A stretch of 63,976 nucleotides of DNA, filler included, from Hyphochytrium catenoides (Eukaryota > Protista > Hyphochytriomycota), in the NCBI GenBank assembly GCA_900088475.1. It is 9 parts of 9 records of this genome, joined end to end, with 100 filler letters (N's around TTAATTAATTAA, not from the genome) between each part and the next. Parts side by side here need not be neighbours in the genome. Positions count along the whole stretch, not along the records: positions 60,970 to 63,976 come from FLMG01001508.1; 8 more parts are not named here. The stretch is one strand, 5' to 3'. Below are positions 61,323 to 63,976 of this stretch, piece by piece. The notes beneath the pieces were generated by a model, which saw only the letters and a list, made by a program, of their open reading frames with translations, did not search any database and was not told where the DNA came from. Within the stretch, counting starts at the first letter, position 1, and each line of letters begins with the position of its first letter. A program made the position numbers and the translations under genes.

Positions 61323-63976
61323 TCACCCATCCGTGCTCTGCTGATGGCGGGCTACTTCTTCATTCGCAAGGAGTTCCAGCTCTTCTGGCGAGAGCAGCGC
61401 CTCTCCCACGGCGATGGTCTCGCCTTCTTTCCAATCACGTTCAACTGTGAACTCTTGCACGCGTTCGCCATTGACTCTAACGTTCCACTTCATAAAGGAA
61501 GAAGCAAGGAAGAGAGAGTGCAGCCCCAAGAGGCAGATGAGTGGCCCAAAGAGAGGACATGCCACCGCGAGGGAGGAAGAGAAGGCGGAGAGCACACAGA
61601 GCACAAGGTTAGCAGAAACAATCACATGGACAAAAAGACCCATTTCTCTCCTTCCTACCCGATGCCCCACATAAGTTGTCACAGGGTAGAGCTGCTGCGG
61701 CTCCAGATGTGTCTGGAAGACATCTTCCCAATAAAGATCAAAGGGGATCTTCGCAACGCTCTCAAACGTGACGGTGACTGGTCCGAGCCTCTCAGACGGC
61801 TTCTGATAGATTGGACCGTTCCACAGCCATAGGTTAGCCGCCCACTTCGTCCCGCTAATGACAGGACACCCGCCGTGAAGAGATGAGCGGTCCATCGAGC
61901 CGTTCCCCGTCTGACTATAAAACAGCGTTGCCATGCCTTTCTTAGGGTACACCGCCAGCCTGTAAGTATGAAAGGAGGAGGCAAGGACGAGTGCGCGGTT
62001 ATGAGTAGCAGAAGTAAGGAGGGAGAGAGTAAGAGGTAGCCTAAAGAAAAGGAAGGCAGGCACAAAGAGCAGAAAGCAAAGACCAGAGAAGAGCTCTTAA
62101 GCAAAATGAGCTCGGTCAAAGGGAGAGGCAAGGCTGCCTTACTTCTCATAGCACTGCTGCGACATCTCCTCCTCCCAGGAGCCAGGTTCAAAGATTCCTG
62201 CTGCGGCCTCAGGGTATGGCCGCTTCATCTCTGGCGTGGGGATCTCAGCATTGGGAAAGACTGTCTGCAGACTGACAATCAGATCGTTCTCAAAAAGCAG
62301 ACAAGGGTGTGGATGATGTTCCAGGAAAGAGAGCAAAATGCGAGAATAAGGAGGACCAAAGGATGGCAACAGACGGCAATCACACTTGGCTTAGAGAATG
62401 ATATGAGGGAGAAAGAAACGGAGGACGGATTTAGCTGAAGAGAGAGAGAGAGAGAGAGAGAGAGCGCACCTGTCCTCCCTCTTCCACGTCGCTGAGATAT
62501 AGAAAGACAGTGGCAAAGCGATTGGATCCATTCCTGGCGGGCTGGAACTCCCAGTCATCTTCTTCGTTTTCTCGGTCTGTGTCCTCCCAGAAGTCATAGT
62601 GTGGGATATATGCTTGTCTCTGCTGATAGCGCAGGATCTGCAGTCCATCATAGCCAATATTTTCTTTGAAAGGCTTCGCGCGAAGCAGTTCCGCCGCACG
62701 CCCTGTGCCAAGGGATAGCAGGAGAGAAGATTTGAACAGGGAAGAAGATAACAGACAACAGGAAAGAGAGGAGACCCCCTGGGGAAGATGGAGAGAAATC
62801 AGAAAGAACTCTTGGACTAAGACTGTAAGAAGGACATCTGAGAAGTCAGACACTGGGACAAAGTGCGCAGGAGACAAATTGGAAAGCGGTAGCTTCCCCA
62901 AGAAATGTCCCTTTCTCTCCCTTCTTTCTTCATTTTCTCTCTTCTTTCTCTCGTTTGTCCTTGGCATAGGTTTTCTTATCTCTTTGTCCTAAGTGTAAGC
63001 TCACTAGCTCCTCCGTACCTTGTATCGCCACTGAGGACTCTGAAGTGGTGTCGAAGACATTCTCACTCGTTCTCTGGTCATATATCGCCTGAGTAGAGTT
63101 TCTCTCTGAAGTGAGTCCTACGATACTTCTTGCAAGTGCTCCTCCTTCTAAAACACCGTTAATGAGCTTCTCTGTCTCGTCATCTGTGAACAGATTGTGG
63201 ATGAGGAACACGCGAGGGCTCTCGCTGATGGACTCGAGGACGATGGGCTGGCCTGGAATAGGACTTGCGAGTACCGAGTCGGGCACTTCCACCTTATGTC
63301 CAAACTAGAGAGAAAGGAGGAACCAGGACGATCGAGATCGAGAAAGAGAGACAGAAAGAGAGAGAGAGAAATGTGTGAGATAAAGACAGACAAACACAAA
63401 GGAGAGAGAGAGAGAGAGAGAGGAGAAGCTTCGAATAGTTTATCATAACCGTGGAAGGAAGGGAGTAGACTCTCTGTCGTGAGAAAAGCTCAGGAAGTGG
63501 AGTCATGTGCTTATAATCAACTAGAAGACAAAGACTAAACTGAGAGATAACTAGTTAGACAGAGAAGAGAGAGAGAGTGAGAGAGAGAGAGAAAGAGAGA
63601 ACTGAAACCCATCTGCACTTCTTTTTTAGCACAAGGAAAAGAAGAGAGAGAGCTAGAGCTTGAGAAATAAGAATAAGAAAGAAAGAGAGGAGCTAAGAGC
63701 ATGAGAGAGAGAGAGAGTCCTTACCCTCACAAAGGGCCAAACGAAGATCAACCCAGGCGGGACGAGGTAGAGCCTCTCCGTGTCCAAGAGATGCTGATAC
63801 TCCGTCACTTGCACTCCTTCGCCTGTGAAGACATGCTCTGCTATAAAGCTCTCTTCTTCGTAGAGATTCTTCCTGACATGGACCAAGCTTGACAGGTAGC
63901 TCAGCAATCCCTCTCTCCCATTGTCAAAGTTCTTCGGGGAGAGAGAGACTTCCACGCCGCCGGTGCTCTCTCCATT
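61323..63976 (-). CDS. Prolyl 4-hydroxylase alpha-like 2OG-Fe(II) oxygenase, multi-exon, 5' end outside the window
   Basis: SESPRVFLIHNLFTDDE, RTSEN, LQILRYQQRQAYIPHYD, NRFATVFLYLSDVEEGG, PKKGMATLFYS, SLHGGCPVISGTKWAANLW (HxD...H...K motif). Confidence 0.92.

Overview
Eukaryotic DNA, probably from a protist or alga. It has spliceosomal GT-AG introns filled with (CT)n/(GA)n microsatellite. The window is a concatenation of nine contigs joined by artificial N..TTAATTAATTAA..N linkers, so linkage across linkers is not real. Host genes include a choline/ethanolamine kinase, a Pro-rich type I membrane protein, a PPR-like protein, a multi-exon transmembrane-ankyrin-TIR-TIR protein, a secreted pepsin-family aspartic protease, a SAGA Ada1/Tad1-like fragment, two intronless actinobacterial-like DUF4360 genes, a PHAF1/UPF0183 homologue and a prolyl 4-hydroxylase. 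The 35.8-39.2 kb and 50.8-60.9 kb contigs are nested piles of Copia LTR retrotransposons and gag-only elements. The main discovery is two sequence-unrelated families of miniature LTR retrotransposons (TRIMs). Each carries a Pol III tRNA-like gene inside its LTR, and each has a primer-binding site that is TGG plus the reverse complement of the 3' end of that same element-encoded tRNA-like RNA. These elements appear to encode their own reverse-transcription primer. All coordinates and motifs were read by eye; no searches were run.
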